A DNA stretch of 64,000 nucleotides from positions 1,240,001 to 1,304,000 of the forward strand of contig JAYWIR010000020.1 in the NCBI GenBank assembly GCA_036172245.1, in the 5' to 3' direction. Origin of the DNA: Raillietiella orientalis. Its lineage: Eukaryota. The notes below the pieces were generated by a model. The model ran no database searches, was not told the DNA's origin, and saw only the letters and a list, made by a program, of their open reading frames with translations. Both the position numbers and the translations under genes were made by a program. This document shows positions 1-14,090 of the stretch, piece after piece (within the stretch, counting starts at the first letter, position 1; each line of letters starts with the position of its first letter).

Positions 1-1299
1 TATAGTGAAAGCGTTTCGGGGTTGTTAAGGAATGAAGTCCTTATGCCATTTTGAAACCATCGGATTTCTGTTTCCATCTCTTCCAACTTCCCAAGTGTCT
101 CAGAATTCAAGGGAGAGAGAAATATTTTCTCATGTGTATATATGTGTTTTGTGCTTTGATCTGAGATACTGATTTGGGCAAAGTTCATTCGTTCGTTGCG
201 GCTCCGCCTCAGCTCTTGCAAAATGCTTGAAGACCAGTTTCAAGGAAATTGCACGGAATGCAAAATTTCCTTTCGGACCTTCACACGGGGGGAAAAATTT
301 CTTGCTGAGGTAAATTCGGTGATTTCCATGCGATGCCTCCTTCTTACGAGAGCATTTTATTTTGATGTCACTTAATAGCTTTACCAGTCATCTGAGTATG
401 TTCTTTCTTCAAAACACATATGGGGATGCGTGAATGTTACTGTCCTGGATGCGATGATTTGGATCCCCTTCTTTCATCTTGATTCGAACGTTCTGTCAGT
501 GGATCTGGATGAATGATCTAATTGCCGATTGCAAATTTAGCGGAAATTCTCGGTAGATGAAAGGAGAGTTTTTCGTTAGCAGGTTAGACGTTAGCTACAT
601 TTTCGTTTCAACTTAAGGAAGTGCTTCGGAATCGGATTCCATTCTCTTTATGGGGCTCAAGATTCTCTGAACAAACACAGTATTTCAAGTCCTCTTTTTA
701 CTCAAGCTCAGAATCCCTATTTGACATTGGTATTCTGTTTCCTAAGATTAGTGATTGTACAACTATCTTCTAGAACTATTACACATCACTTTGCCTTTTT
801 TGGATTCTGATTGGACTTCTGATCAGAGTGAGCACTGCTGGATTCATCAGATATCGATATGATACCAAAATGTTTTAAGTTCCAAGAGCCAGATTTATAT
901 CCTAAGTGTTTGAACTTTTCGAGTCATATGCGACATGCTCATCTTAATTGATATGCATGGGTGAATCTGTGGGTGAATAGCAGTCATGACACATCTTCAT
1001 AATGTTTACGTGTAAGAGTTTTTATTCCCTCAAGATGTACCGTAGCAAAAAAAGACAGAGTGAAAAAGTCCATCAATCTCAACTTGAAGGTCAACCATCT
1101 TAGTGAGTCTCAAGGAAAAAATGTTTAAATAACTTTCATCAATTGCTCTGAAGGAGACATTCTGCTTTTCAGTCAGAAAACACATTCAGAAAAACAAAAC
1201 TATATGCTTATACTGCAGTAGTTTGCAGGCAGAAAAGTTTATTTTTATTTTTACCAAGGAAGACTTTGAGAAAATTCTTCCTTGATAATTCTCAGATGA

Positions 1300-1640
1300 T
1301 TAATTATTCCATCCCGCTGCAACTTTTACAACTTCGTCCTGGAAGCTGTTCAGTGAGAGCTTTCCCTTCTGCAAACTTCAAATATTTGATGCTCACATAG
1401 TTTTGAAGTAATTTTCGAAAATTGCCAGCATCACACATGAAAGTTCGCTTATTGTGCGTGAGTCTTCCTGCTGCCACCTCCAGATGAACTCCATTGGGCA
1501 TCTCATCACTTCATCAAATTCTTTGCTTCTACTGTTATCTGCTGTGGTGTTCTCGCAGGTGTTTTTCATTGGAACCAAATGCAAAATTACAGAATAATTT
1601 ATGTTAGTCACAAAAACCCAAGCGTTGATCGATGCATCAG
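1300..1640 (-). mobile_element. Degenerate hAT transposase C-terminal dimerisation-like relic
   Basis: Minus frame reads CPMEFIWRW..SRTISELSCVMLAI..ASNI*SLQKGKLS, loosely matching hAT dimerisation (PLEFW..LS.LA..L.IP..AGNI...R..L). Stops present; motif-level resemblance only. Confidence 0.25.
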
Positions 1641-4600
1641 AAAGCTACTGAAGTTTGTCATCAAAGAGACGAGGTCATGAGCTGGGATCATTCATGTTAA
1701 AGCATTTTCATTCACAATCTCCTACATGCAGTTGCTTTGGTCACAGAAGGCTCAGAGGAAAATTCCTGCTCTGATTTGTTCTTATGGATTTGAGAAGAGT
1801 GCTGAATTGCGCTTCCGTTTGTGATGTCGCTCTTGGGAAGGGCAGCCATCGGATTCGTAAAGTGTTTCTGAAAGACGTGTGGCTCTTTCATTGGGACCAG
1901 TAATCCCGTAGCGTCTTTGAGAACGGGTAAGAATTTCGCGAGATAACGCAAAGCGGCGCATGATACACGATCTCACTTTCAGCATCCGAGAATCTGTGAG
2001 AAAAACAGATTGAGAACTCTTCTGTAAAAAACTCAACTTTCAGATACACAAAAAATCTGACTCTGGGGGTTCCGAGAAATTGGAAAATCAAATACCCAAA
2101 GGGTGGAGTAAGAGAAAATTTCGAATCCGTTTTTTCGTACTGTAATCTCAGAAATGGACGTTTGCATTCTTTGGAATCCCTTCTATTCATCTTCCAAAAT
2201 TGAAACTTCGAAACCATGCTGGTGGTAATATTTAGATCAGTCACATCTTTTCTTTCTGATTCTTTATTTGAGCATCCATTTTCACCCACTCATTTCCAGT
2301 CTGCCTCTATGCCAAGGATCCCACCGCTTGTCTGATTTTGGAACATGGTTCTTATTGCGTTTAGACACAGTTACAATTAAGAGATAAAGCAACTTTTCGG
2401 ATTCCATTTAGAGGAATACATGAAGCACCTAGGTAAACCAGAATAGGAACCTGGAAGCGAACTGGACACTGCATGATATAGATCCTGATTTCCTTCTACT
2501 GAAGATACGAATTAGCAATGAAAGGATCGATGTCGAAACGTTCTCTAGAACTTCAAATAGCAAGTTCTCCTTCCATGGATGATCCACAATGGCAATCATA
2601 AAACCCATATGACCATTGCAGTCTTTGCCTGCGTGTCTGCTAACCTAACTAATATTAAGCATGCAAGATTTTCTGAAGGATGTCTTCTTCTGAACTAAAA
2701 GTGTTTCTTTCGTGTAAAAAATTCAATCTCATGAGAGTTTATGAAGATTTTCATTCGTAGTAGTTAGAAATAGATCAAAATGGGATCGAAACAACATTTA
2801 ATCCCATTTCTGAATTCTCCAGTGTGTCAACTTATCTGTGATTTTTGCTTGAATTCATTAAACTGCCATCAATACCTAACAGCTAGTTCTTCCAGACAGT
2901 TGGAGAGTCTTTTCGAATTATCCAATGCTTAGAGTCCCTTGAACTTTCGGATCGTCCGACGCAGTGGAGTTGGCAAAGACGTGTGTGCTTTTTTTCCCTT
3001 CTATTTATTCCCTCATTAAGATCCCAACAACAGTTCTTTGCAGAAGCAGGGAATATTCTTAAGATAATGAAGAGATTTAGCAAGAATGACACTCTCCTCT
3101 GGCTGCACATTATCTACAGTAAGGCATCTCTTGGAGAAGAGGTGACGACAAGCTCTTGATAACTCTCCAGAGTGGTTCCTTTCAGTGTTTTTGCCAAAAC
3201 CCGGAAACTGGATCGTATCAAGCCGCAAGATCTTGTCCAGCTAAATAAAAATATGGCAAATGTACTGATGTAGTGGTCGATTCTTTCGCCAAAAACAGCG
3301 GAAACAGCATCGATCCTGGGTATCTTTGAAAGCGCCAAACGAGACAACTGGCATCTTTTACGTTCTTCTGATAGCATGATCAAAGGAAAAAGCAAACATG
3401 CATTCTATGTAACTGGTTTATAACGGGGTTTATTGTGTTCCCAGACCACCGCCTTTAGACGACTATCCTCCAACCTTCTCTTCACAAAATAACTTATAGG
3501 AAATTTTTAGGAATCTGCTTTTGAGATCACATTTTTTTATGGAAAAGCATTTTCCCAAGCAAAGCCAATTTCAGTTGATAGGTTTGAGTTCTCCATGTTC
3601 CCTGAAGAGTCGTCTGCGTACCTACTTCTTTATGGGACAATCCGTGAACGGTTTTCATTATGGAGGATCCTTAGTTTGGTTCCATCGCAGTTACTGTAGG
3701 TCTATCCCGGATCTACAGATGGCAAGAAGTCGTGAAAACAAATGAAAGCAACTTTGAGGGAGTTTTCTACAATTCTTGCTCCTCTTGTGGTGCACCTTAC
3801 ACTATGATTAAAACGTTTTAGGTTGTTGACACGAAACACCTTCTTCCTATCGGGGCTCCAACACCGGTTTCTCGATCTCTGAACCTTCAGCGCAGCTACC
3901 AGCAAAGCACTTTCGTCGAAGGAGTTCCTCAGGGTTAAAAAGAACTTCGTGATGAAGCCGCACGAGAATTGTGATGAGAGAGCCATCACAACTCGCTTCT
4001 GCTCACGAAAACCTCACGACACGCAGCACACGTGCGTTTGAGTGGATCCCCATTCAGCATAGAGGCCTCAACGAAAAAATAGAAGAAACTTTCCAAGGTA
4101 TCACCGAAACCCGCTCTGCATCGAGGTATAAAACAAGGGATGCTCAACTGCCAATAGAACTTGGGGAGGCTCGGAGGCTGCATTGGCATTGCAAACTTTG
4201 GGGACTATGGCACCACCCAGGTCTCGAACCTCCTTCAGCTGTCGCATCTTCTATTTCTTCCGGTTTTCCGGATGATGGCGAAAAAAATAAAAAAGCAACT
4301 CTTCGTTGTCTTGGCAGGAGTTAGTCTTGGTGGCCTCACGAACTGCTGACAGTTATTGTTTCATATGTGATCTTTGCTTTTTTTTCTCCCTCTTCTTGAA
4401 GCTGCCCATGCCATTTCATCACCCGAGAAGTTTGTTTCCGTTTTGAAGTGTATGAAATGCTTTACAGCTCCGAGAGGTGCTTTTTTTTCCCTCTGGAACA
4501 TTTGTTTCCTTCTCAAAAAATCCAATGTTATCACCGATAGTCCATTCCTTTCTTTTGAACCAAGGGGTCTGGTAACTTTGCTACCTATCGTTCGCCTTCC

Positions 4601-5159
4601 TTCCGGCGCCCTCATCGTTACGTAGACAGAATTATCATGCAAACGACATTGAAACACGGCAGACCGAATCTATCTGTTAAGCTTGGAAATCTTCACCGGA
4701 GCACCTGTCAGGGTTTTATTTATCATGAAATACTCAGTTTTCTCCATCATGGAGTACAGGATGTCGTTAGACTTATTCTACTCGTGATCTATCTTTCGAT
4801 GCTTCAGGACGAGAACTCCTAGATGTCTTACATGAACTCATTTCCAGGAACGTATTGGTATCGATTTATCTTCATTCATCTCTCCTTTTATCATCATCTC
4901 ATCACCACTCTTCTTCCTTTCCTCCAGGATGGATCCTGCATCATTCCAAACCGCCGAATGCATCTCTGGTCAGCAATCGAAGAGAGCCCGCTTCCATTCT
5001 ACAACAAACTGAGACAGGAGTCTGCTATCACCTCAGTTTCTTTTATTCCTCGTGATCATTTTGCCCGCTGCTGTTTCCAAGCAGACACAGTCCATCGTTT
5101 TTGACCTGCTTTAAAAAGCCCAGATGTTGAATGGAATACATAGGAAACCGGGATTCCTC

Positions 5160-5800
5160 AGGAATCGGGAGGAAAAGAAGCAGTGCTGGGAATGATCAGC
5201 ACGAGTCGAGCTGAGATCTTTCCTGTCTGCTCTTGACTGTACCCGGTAAGCATTCTGCTGCCTATTGCTGGCACTAAAACTCTACCGAAGGGAGGAGATG
5301 CAAAGAGCCTTTCTTCGGACCCCCACGTCCGCAAAAGGGGACAGCGGGACAAACATTTGACGCTCACTCAGACAAGGAGACTCCCGGAAGCCTCTTGGTT
5401 TCTTCTCCAAGACCTTGCTTTGCATTCCCGCAGTCCAGGGGGGGCGAAAAGGGAGATCGATCCTTCAGGGTCGGCTTGGAAGACAGGGAACTGCCAAGGA
5501 GATCTGTTGGAAAATCGGGATCGGCAGCCAGCACGGGGGGAAATCGAACGAGAGCACCAGGGCGAACGCAGTGTCCCAGTTCGGTTCCTCGAAGATTCCT
5601 CCAGATTGGCCGGCAATGGAGAAGGGCGGGGGAGGAGGCCCGGACCACGGGATGTCGTTCCGCGATTTTGCGGTGGAGAGCATGGGGCGAGCCTGCCTCG
5701 GGGCTCATTGAAGAGGAAGTGCTTGAATGGAAGAAGAGGAGCCTTCCAGAACTCTTCGATGGAAATCCAGGGAGAAATACTCGTGATGCAGTGCAGACTT
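5160..5800 (+). mobile_element. Degenerate L1/Tx1-like ORF2 relic (EN end, linker, RT domain 0)
   Basis: GC-rich island. Frameshifted pieces ARGEIEREHQGERSVPVRF (linker RSR..GE..FF) and LIEEEVLEWKKRSLPELFDGNP (ITEEEV...K.PG.DG.P). Confidence 0.3.
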
Positions 5801-7232
5801 AGTAACCTGACAGCGGGAAGGAATGTTCAAGATCCTTCTCTAGAAAGTAACGCTTTTGAAATTAATAAATTCTGGCAGTGGATTGCTGCAGGGCTTTTTT
5901 TTTAGGAAGGGTGGAGGGGTGCATGGAATATCAATGACGGGTTTCTAGGGAGATCGATCACACTGATTATTTTCCTCAGAGATGTACCGTACGCTGAGAA
6001 ACATGAAAACAGTAATTCACCACGAGGATTATCAAGGGCCGCTCGTCTACAGAGATGATGCATCGCTATAATCGTGCATCACGTTTGGCAAGAATTATCG
6101 CAGCTTCCAAGATGAATCAGGAAGATGACTATTGGTGGAATCTGCTTCCCGCAGGAGGAAGGGAACCGTGTCATTCCGCGCCGGACTGTGTGGCATTGCG
6201 CCCGATGTCTTCCTTGCTCGTTCGCAGGTACTAAGCGGACCAAATGGCGAAGGGAGTTGGACTCTGATGCGAAGGACCCTTCCGAATTCAGCTGGCTGCA
6301 GGGCGCGGGCAGACCACGCTCCCATGGATGGGGAAGCGCGCACGATTTAATAAAATTGCACCCGTCTTGGCGAAATTCCATTGCTGGCACTTCCCATCGA
6401 TCCTTATGGCGCGAGGCATTTCAGCAGTCATTAGAGCAAGAGGTATGGCGGCGGTTCGGTTCCTGAGCGTTTCGCTCCCGAAGAACCTGGTACAAGGCCT
6501 GCGCGCTGCGTTCCGTGAAGACTCGTTAAGCTGCATAATCCGATCGATGCGCACGCTGCATTCTGAAGAGGGAACTCGTTCGCAGCATCGCGAATGGAGA
6601 CGGTTTCTCTGCGTACCAACCGGCACGGTGATTCCTCCAGCGAAGGAGAGCATACTAATGTGCCTTAAGGCCCAGATGACCAACAGCCGGCGGCCAAAGG
6701 GTGCTCAGAACAAGATGCAATCAAGAGCAGTCTGTACTCTCAGTAATATGGGCCGTGCTTCGAATAATATGTACGCTGGAAGATGCTTGTGTGTTTCTAT
6801 ATTTGTGCCAAATGTGTACTGCGTACGTGTGCACATGTATGCCTACATGTACATGGCACATCGTTTCAGCTCTCCTGAGCTTATCGATTCATTTTTCTAA
6901 CAAGGTTCTGGTTGCTTCCGGTCAGCGCGTGCATCTTCGTACGCAAATGCGATTATCTTCAACTAAATTTACATGGCAATGCGCGGAAATCAAAAGCTGT
7001 TAAACCAATCGATCGTCGGATCTGGGATACGGGAAGCATTGGATGGTTTCTTATAATGTTTACTTACTGAGGATCGGGAAGAAGGATTCAGGACATCAAC
7101 ATGCGCGCTTGCCACAGAGAGCGGTGAACTTCGGAATCGGATTCTCTCGAAAATTTCCATAGTCGGTACAAGAAACCAGGCGTGGATGGTTCCAGGTTTT
7201 TCTTCTTTGGAACCCTGGAATCAACAAGCTTT

Positions 7233-7936
7233 GCACTAAAGAACGAGGACAATTCTCATTTATTGCTTACTGATACATAACAGTAGTAAGCAAACTGCGC
7301 ACAGTGATACATTTCCGATCGATACATCGGTGGCTTTTGCCTGCTCTGTCGTTCTGAGCTCCTGAGAAAGGAAACTCAGGTCAGTAATTTATCCCAAAAT
7401 TTTCAGTTCAAAATTCGCAGCTGCTGACCGAAGCCAACTCTGACTTCCTGGTTCAAGTGAACAATCTGACACTGGTGCTCCATCCTGCCAAGTGGCAAAA
7501 GAAACCTCACCTTTTGGTGTTAGGAAAATTCGTAGGGACGAAACAGGAATGGTAAGGCTTTTTCTGGAAGTTGCTTTCCGATCTGTTGCTGCTCAAAGAC
7601 GCTCGTCTGCTTGCAGGGATTTCAGTTTTTGCTGATTCCATCAGAATGAAATCGAATTTTTTGGCCAGGGCTTCCGTTAGCAGGTGATGTCATCGGGTCT
7701 ACTTCATTTTATCTGTGCTGAGGATACTTCAGTTGCTTCGGTCAGCAGCTGCGAATTTTGAACTGAAAATTTTGGGATAAATTACTGACCTGAGTTTCCT
7801 TTCTCAGGAGCTCAGAACGACAGAGCAGGCAAAAGCCACCGATGTATCGATCGGAAATGTATCACTGTGCGCAGTTTGCTTACTACTGTTATGTAACAGT
7901 AAGCAATAAATGAGAATTGTCCTCGTTCTTTAGTGC
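7233..7936. repeat. Long inverted repeat: 202-bp arms 7233-7434 and 7735-7936, 300-bp spacer
   Basis: GCACTAAAGAACGAGG...GCTGACCGAAGC is the reverse complement of GCTTCGGTCAGC...CCTCGTTCTTTAGTGC. One mismatch seen; no target-site duplication. Confidence 0.95.
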
Positions 7937-9799
7937 TCGTCCATCTGAAGCTCGAAACTACTAAGATTCACACGTTCCACCAGGAAATCGAATGAGAATC
8001 ATCTTTTGGAAACTACATTCCAATGTCTTAGAGTGTTTTAGAGCATTCATGCATACATACATTTCTGGGAGGAATCCGTTCATCATTTGCTCTACAAGAG
8101 GAATAAAATAGAGGCAAAATTTCTGAATATTCCTGGGATCCTTAGAATCATTTCCTCTTCTTATGTTTCAACCATCTCCATACTCCTCAAAATCTTAGGA
8201 AAATTCTGCTTTTTCGATAAACCATACCTGGAATCGCCTTGTGAAAGATTTCTTCAGTGCTTTGCCACATGCATTATTGTACACTGAGGGAGTAGGTACT
8301 GCACTCTAGGTACCTCCTAGTGCTTGATGGAATAAGTAGCTCACGTGAAAAAACAAAAACCAGCTGTTTTTCTACTCCATATTTAAGTTTCTGACTATAG
8401 TGAACGTTACAGTAGTAGTTGAGTACCAGATTCGTGTTTTACACCGATTAAAGCTGCTGCAACTTTCATACGAAAATTCTCATGGTTGCACAAGACAGAT
8501 TTTCTTTCTTCAAGCTTGTGCTCAACGTATCATTGAGGACCGGAAGCCGTATGTTTGGAATTTTTTTCCTGAACTCCAATAGGAATGGTCAATCGCTTTT
8601 CTGAATGAAATATCTCAGAATCTTTTGCGTGAAGTTTCAAAATGCAGTATCAGGGCACCACCGTTGTCCTGCGAAGAAATTGCTTTTCATAATTAACAGA
8701 GACCCCATGACCGTTGATCCCATGGGTGCTTAATGTCCTTCTCTTTGGATCCGTCATGATCTTTCACAATACGATTGATTACAAAAAGGTGCCTTCGTTT
8801 CACGGGTCGAAATTTTTTCAGTCATCACTTGCAAGATTTGCATCGTTTCGAATTTCAGGAAATCTTCTTCAAGATCTGGACCTGAAAAAAAGAAGAGAAA
8901 TCCTACGTGCCCAAACCTGGTAGTCGTCCGTGGTCGAACGAAATGTAGAATCTTAATATTCCTCAACGATGTCTCTTTTTACTTGATGTTTTGAACTGAT
9001 ATGTACACGAGCTCCTATAGATACCACAAGGAGTAATCGGTAGATTTGCCTAGGCTTGCAATAAAATAATCCTGCCTTAGTAGAAGGCAGCTTCAATCTG
9101 CTTTTCCAGAAATCGCTTCCTTCTGCGAAGGCATTTGGTTTCTCTCCTGCTTTATCCATATCGGTGAAGCCAGAGTGGTAAAAATTAGTCAGTTTCTAAT
9201 AGTGCCTGAGAAAGAAATGGCAAGAGATGTGCATTCTTTTCGCTAGTGCAAGTATCGAATGATTGGAAACTCCAAGCACTCATTCAGCTATGCTTACTAT
9301 CCGTCTGTACAGCAGTGGACCAGCGTCGAGACCTGAAAATGTGGCAATTACAACGAGAAAGGTCTGCGATACAGAAAGGGGGTTTAGGGAAACAGCTGAT
9401 TTGAGCCCTGCAATAGCACTTATTCTCTCATAGATTTGCATGGATGGAGCTTTGTCCTGCTGCCATGTCCATATTATTCAGACGTATTCTGCTTTATTAA
9501 CGACACTTCGTGATCATCCGTTTTCGATTTATCAACTCTTCGAGCTTTCTTACGATGATAGTTGCCCTTACTCAGTCTTTCGCCTCGTTGTTATTGTTTT
9601 CTTCCCTCTTCCCTAAGGAGAACGCGAGTAGCCATAAGCTTCACTCCTTCCACCACATCTTCTTCAGCGGAAAACCTCGTGCGGGGGCAACAGCGTCCAT
9701 TTTGAACGCCACACGAGCCTCATCTGAAGACAAAACACTAAAAGCACATGAAGCAATAGATGCATTTTACTGCTGCTATTTTTCTGGGCTCCAAAATAT

Positions 9800-9960
9800 A
9801 TGTATTGTTTTCTAAGGCAATGTAGGTGGATATTTTTGGAAAGTCCTCTTTCGAGAATAAATGGGTTGTCCATTTGGGAGCGATCCCCATGTTTTGGGGA
9901 CCTCCGCGGACGTATCAATTAGTCTCATTTGGATCATGCAAAATCATGTGAGATTTTATC
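9800..9960 (-). mobile_element. Non-LTR RT fragment (domains 3-4) abutting 3' end copy 1
   Basis: DKISHDF (9940-9960) and in-frame PFILERGL (9841-9864) resemble L1-type FDK/RV.H.FL and F.L.RG.RQG motifs; stops lie between them. Confidence 0.45.
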
Positions 9961-10150
9961 ACCTGGTCACGCCGGGTCGTTTATTCAAAGGAATAAACAA
10001 GCCGGGGGCATGGGTCCTGAGAAAGAGCAAACAGGAGTCCAACGGGACTTCCGTTCGTGGCCCACCGACGCGCAGGTCGGCCACTCTAAGAGTCCGCAGC
10101 GAGTGGGAAGGTATGCATAAAGAAATCAAAAATCAGGAAGAGATAGGAAC
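9961..10150 (-). mobile_element. L1/Tx1-like family 3' UTR, copy 1
   Basis: Minus strand: T-rich tract, CCGAC-CTGCGC-GTCGG (10065-10080), then AATAAACGACCCGGCGTGACCAGGT (9961-9985). Matches the 3' ends at 24939-24962 and 30627-30650. Confidence 0.75.
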
Positions 10151-10399
10151 GTTGACGACGGATTGTGAACAAAAAAAAAGCGTGTGCTATGATTCTGTTC
10201 CCATTCTGTTCTCTGAAATTACGAACTTGAATGTTTTATTCGGTGGAGCGGCTTTGCAATCCTCTTGCAGCATAAATCCCATGACAGCTCTATGATTCTC
10301 GGATCCTTCGGTGAAAATTTCTTAGATCTATCTGCTCGTATCAGACTGCTTCCGTGGTCTTGAAGCTTCTTGTGCATTCCAGCTCTTTTCCTAGGGATG

Positions 10400-11150
10400 C
10401 AAGTCCTTTATTCGAAAACCTTCCACCAACCACGATTATTTAGTAATCTGTTCAGGCTGGCAGCCATACTATAGAACATTTTTTTACGACATTCCCTATA
10501 AGTATAAAAGTACTCTCCCCCTTTCTCGTAATCCATGCAAACTTGGATAATTTTTTCTCGTTCTTTCATTTTTCGCAGTTTTGTGTTTGCAACATGGAAT
10601 AAACCAGAAGAACACGGAAACGCATTCGTGCATTTCACTCTGCTTCTCCTGCCTGGCCTGGCTGTTCTTGAAGGGAGGAGAAAATCAAGGAAAGCTTATA
10701 AGGTAAAAACAAAAGCTAATAAAAATGCTAAAAAAAAAAAAAAGAATAGTTATAACCCTGTAATAATTACTAGTTTTTGAGAATTTTATGGCAATGCAGT
10801 CTAGGGCTGGTTGTAAGAGGAGAGCGTGTTTTTGTTCATCATAAACCATCTGATCCATGAGTAACATTTGCTTTTCATGAATTTTATACCAAATGGCACA
10901 TTTCTTTTCGTCCACTATCTAAAATGGATTTCAAAAATGCCCCAAAATTTGCACATGTGTTCATGGTTGCTGATAAGCCTAATTAGTGCTGATGATTCTC
11001 CCATTTGTAACTTCTGACGCCTGCTGTAGCATCCTGACCTTTTGATAATGCCATTTGTGAACTGTGGTTTCAGATTTTTTCGTATCTTCCTATTTCGTAG
11101 TGCTAAATTCAGGATAAATACAATGCATACATTGAGCTTTTTGCAGACAA
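10400..11150 (-). mobile_element. Degenerate piggyBac-like transposase relic
   Basis: Motif remnants in piggyBac order: QMGES..MCKF (IDES..CKF), KTSNYY (TDNYY), VLLVYSM (VLLLSTM), MDYEKGG (DYNK.KGG), RGWWKVF (RRWW..VF). Multiple stops and frameshifts. Confidence 0.35.
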
Positions 11151-13659
11151 CTGAATAGCAAAAGAATCGATAACCTAGAAGCATGCAGGGAATTGGTAAT
11201 GGCTTCTCTTATCTTTTATTATGATGAACATCCTCTATTTCATAAGTCCTTAATTGGGAAACCACTTGGATTGGATGTGGCTTTAAATTTCAACTTTCAG
11301 CCTCTTCAAGATGAAGTGCAACTTGAAATTCCGCAAAAAACATGTTCGTATTGACCCATCTAAGCAGCGAATCTTTCTTGTACAAAGAAGGTACTCAGTT
11401 TATTTAGGAAACGTCAGAAGAACGAGTATTCCGTGCTGCGGATGGTCTCCAGCAGCGGAGGATTCATCTCAACGCGGGTCACAGGGCTTCTTCACTGACC
11501 GTTTCGTTCATATCCTTATTCCCTGATTCCTTAACTTCCTTCATAGGGTGGGAGTGAACATTTTCATGCAGGAAATTTTCTACACAAAATCCGCTCATTC
11601 TTTTACAATACGATCCCTTCACTCTTGAAACTTGATAACCAGTGCCTTCATGAGCTCATAAAATGGATAGCAGTCTCAATGCTGTGCCAAGTCAAAACTG
11701 AGCAGCAGCCGTTTAGTTGCCAGCATCAGAGCCAAGCACAAGGAATGGTACTTCGGCTGGAGTGCAGTTTTTCCTCATTCTTTCAAGAGGGAGTCGACGA
11801 TATTTGCGATTACGGTGATTTCTAATAATCCGGGAATCCGCCGCTGTCTTTCACTCGTGGACATCGGCAAAGATTCCTGCTGTCACTGCGGCGCAAGAAA
11901 GACTTCACAGATGATCACGCAGATCTATTTGGGTACACGCGAATGTCACAAATGGAGTCATTCCCTTGGATGGAACCGCAGCTTCCAAATAAGGAATATG
12001 AAATCAAATGAAAAACCGGACAGGAGATCCAAAGCAGGTAGTTTGAGCGAGATCCTATGGGAAAAGGAGCCGTACCCTCAGTTGTTTCCCGTATCAGTAC
12101 CTGGATATTGCAACTAAAATGCTCCGTGTCAGCTGATTGTCAGCTTCATTTTGGAACCAGAATTTTCAAGGGGTTGAGTACAGAGAAACCTCTCGATCCT
12201 ACAGGAAATTTTCAGGATCTCCACCTCAGTGCAAATTATTCCAAACTTTCGACACCTTTTAAAGACGAAATCTTAATGCACGAAATGAGTGCTCCCATTT
12301 GGTGAATAGTTATTTAAAAGCAATAGCAGCCGCCTTATTAAAACGGCTATCCAATGTTTTTAGCGATTGATTTGCCTGAAATCGGAATGTATTCCCTGCT
12401 GGCTGCTTTAGGCCAATTACTCAGTCTTTTCCTAATCTTCTCATATCATACCTGCAGGGGGGTGCGCAGATATTCGTATCGTGCTTGACTTACTTTCCCT
12501 TTCCCGAGTCTCAGTACAGACAGATCTGCCAATTCTTTGGAAACCAAAGTTCGTTTCTCTTTTTTCTTTTTTCACAGACTCCCTTCCCCATACTGTGAAT
12601 TTCCCTGATTTTCCATGTGGCAGGTTCCGTTTATTCAGTCACAAAGAGTGCCCTTTCTCACAAGAGACAGAAGAAAGTGCCTTGAACATTTGTTCCCTTC
12701 AATATTTCTTCTATTACCTTAAGAAAAATGGCTCGCATTCTTTGCATATCATTATCGAATGCGATCCGTTTTTTTTTTTTTGGCTTCTCACTGATTCACC
12801 CATGAGGACAGCTGCTGTTACACCACTGGATGGGCTCCCACAGGCAATTTACCAGCAACTCTATTAGGAAGGTAATCTCTAGCCTTGCGAACTCTTGAGG
12901 GCTTCCGTCAGGTTTCCTCTTCGAGTTGTCTTTCCCCTATCTGTTGGTTGAGGTAAAAACAAGAATCATTCCATAATTCACTGTAATAAGAGCATTGTAA
13001 TCTACAGGATTTCCATTTCTGTCCATTTCGCCCGGCCTTCAGTAGGAATTTGTAATGTAGCACCTGTTACCGTGTAAAGGAAGGCAGAGGTCAACAGAAA
13101 CCCCCACTTTCCTGATTTGCTTAGAAGCTACTTCCACTGTGTCACCAATTTACTCTGTGTGGAATATTTCCCTATTGGATGGGATGAGAATGGAGAGTGC
13201 GGGGGGCCATCTATCTCTAATGAAGCAATTGGTAAGCAGTCACACTGCTAAATTACATTCCTGTTTCCCACGGATTTGCTGGAATAAAATTGCATTTATT
13301 CGACGAGCTGCATGAACGATTGTCTTGAAATGAATTTCATTGGGTCAAAAAAGGAAAAGAAAAAAGAAAAAACCCGAATGCTACTCTTTATCGTGTCTTC
13401 ATGAATGTCTGGAGGCGTTCCTATATCTGGGGGCAAATAAAATTGTGAATCCTGGCTCATCGTCAGTTTGCAATCCTGGAGCGGTACCTATCCTAAGATT
13501 AAAGACACTCTTCGCTATTATGAAAAGTATAGTTCTCTGTAAATGATCCAGCTTTCCTTTCGAAAACTGGATTTTCAGTACTCGGACTAAGAGGAAACTG
13601 CTCTTTAGATAAAGCTGATTGGTTGATTTCAAGATTGCTTATTCCTTATTTAGAATTTA

Positions 13660-14090
13660 GCAAGCTCATGACAATTTCGTGAGCTTAAATGACCTAATTG
13701 GATGCATTTCTTTTGGGGCTGGAAGGAACGTGATCGGATCAGAAAACCAAAGTGCCATCCTAATGATTTCATCAGGTACATACCAAACCCCGACAGGGAA
13801 CATTGAATTGACAAGATTTCTCCGTTCTTTGCTCCCAATACCTGCTGGAATACATATCATACAAGAACAAACATATTTCCTCCTTATGCATTACTGGCTC
13901 GTGTTCCTCACTTTGCAAGATGGTTAGTTTGATCAGCTTGCAACAGCATCTCATGTCAAAAATCACACAGAATGTGGGGTCATTTCGGGGGGAAACGGAA
14001 AGACGAAAATTCGCTGACTTTTTTGGCACGATAAACTTGGTGAGTTTCTAAAGGCTATCCGATCCATCAATCAAGGTGTCTTCTTATGAG
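13660..14090 (-). mobile_element. Degenerate LTR-retrotransposon integrase relic
   Basis: DGSDSL*KLTKFIVPKK (DGLL.KG.RIVIP), a Cys cluster, GNMFVLV, and YVPDEII..DGT..F (G.P..I.SD.G..F), across frameshifts. Confidence 0.35.

Noticed and set aside
3921..3938. GVPQG (RT motif-like) peptide
   Set aside because: Immediately followed by a stop, with no other RT motifs in order around it; likely chance.
6060..6760. GC-rich stretch with CARC motifs, possibly an R2/R4-type zinc finger
   Set aside because: No complete CCHC spacing or restriction-like endonuclease motif could be read.
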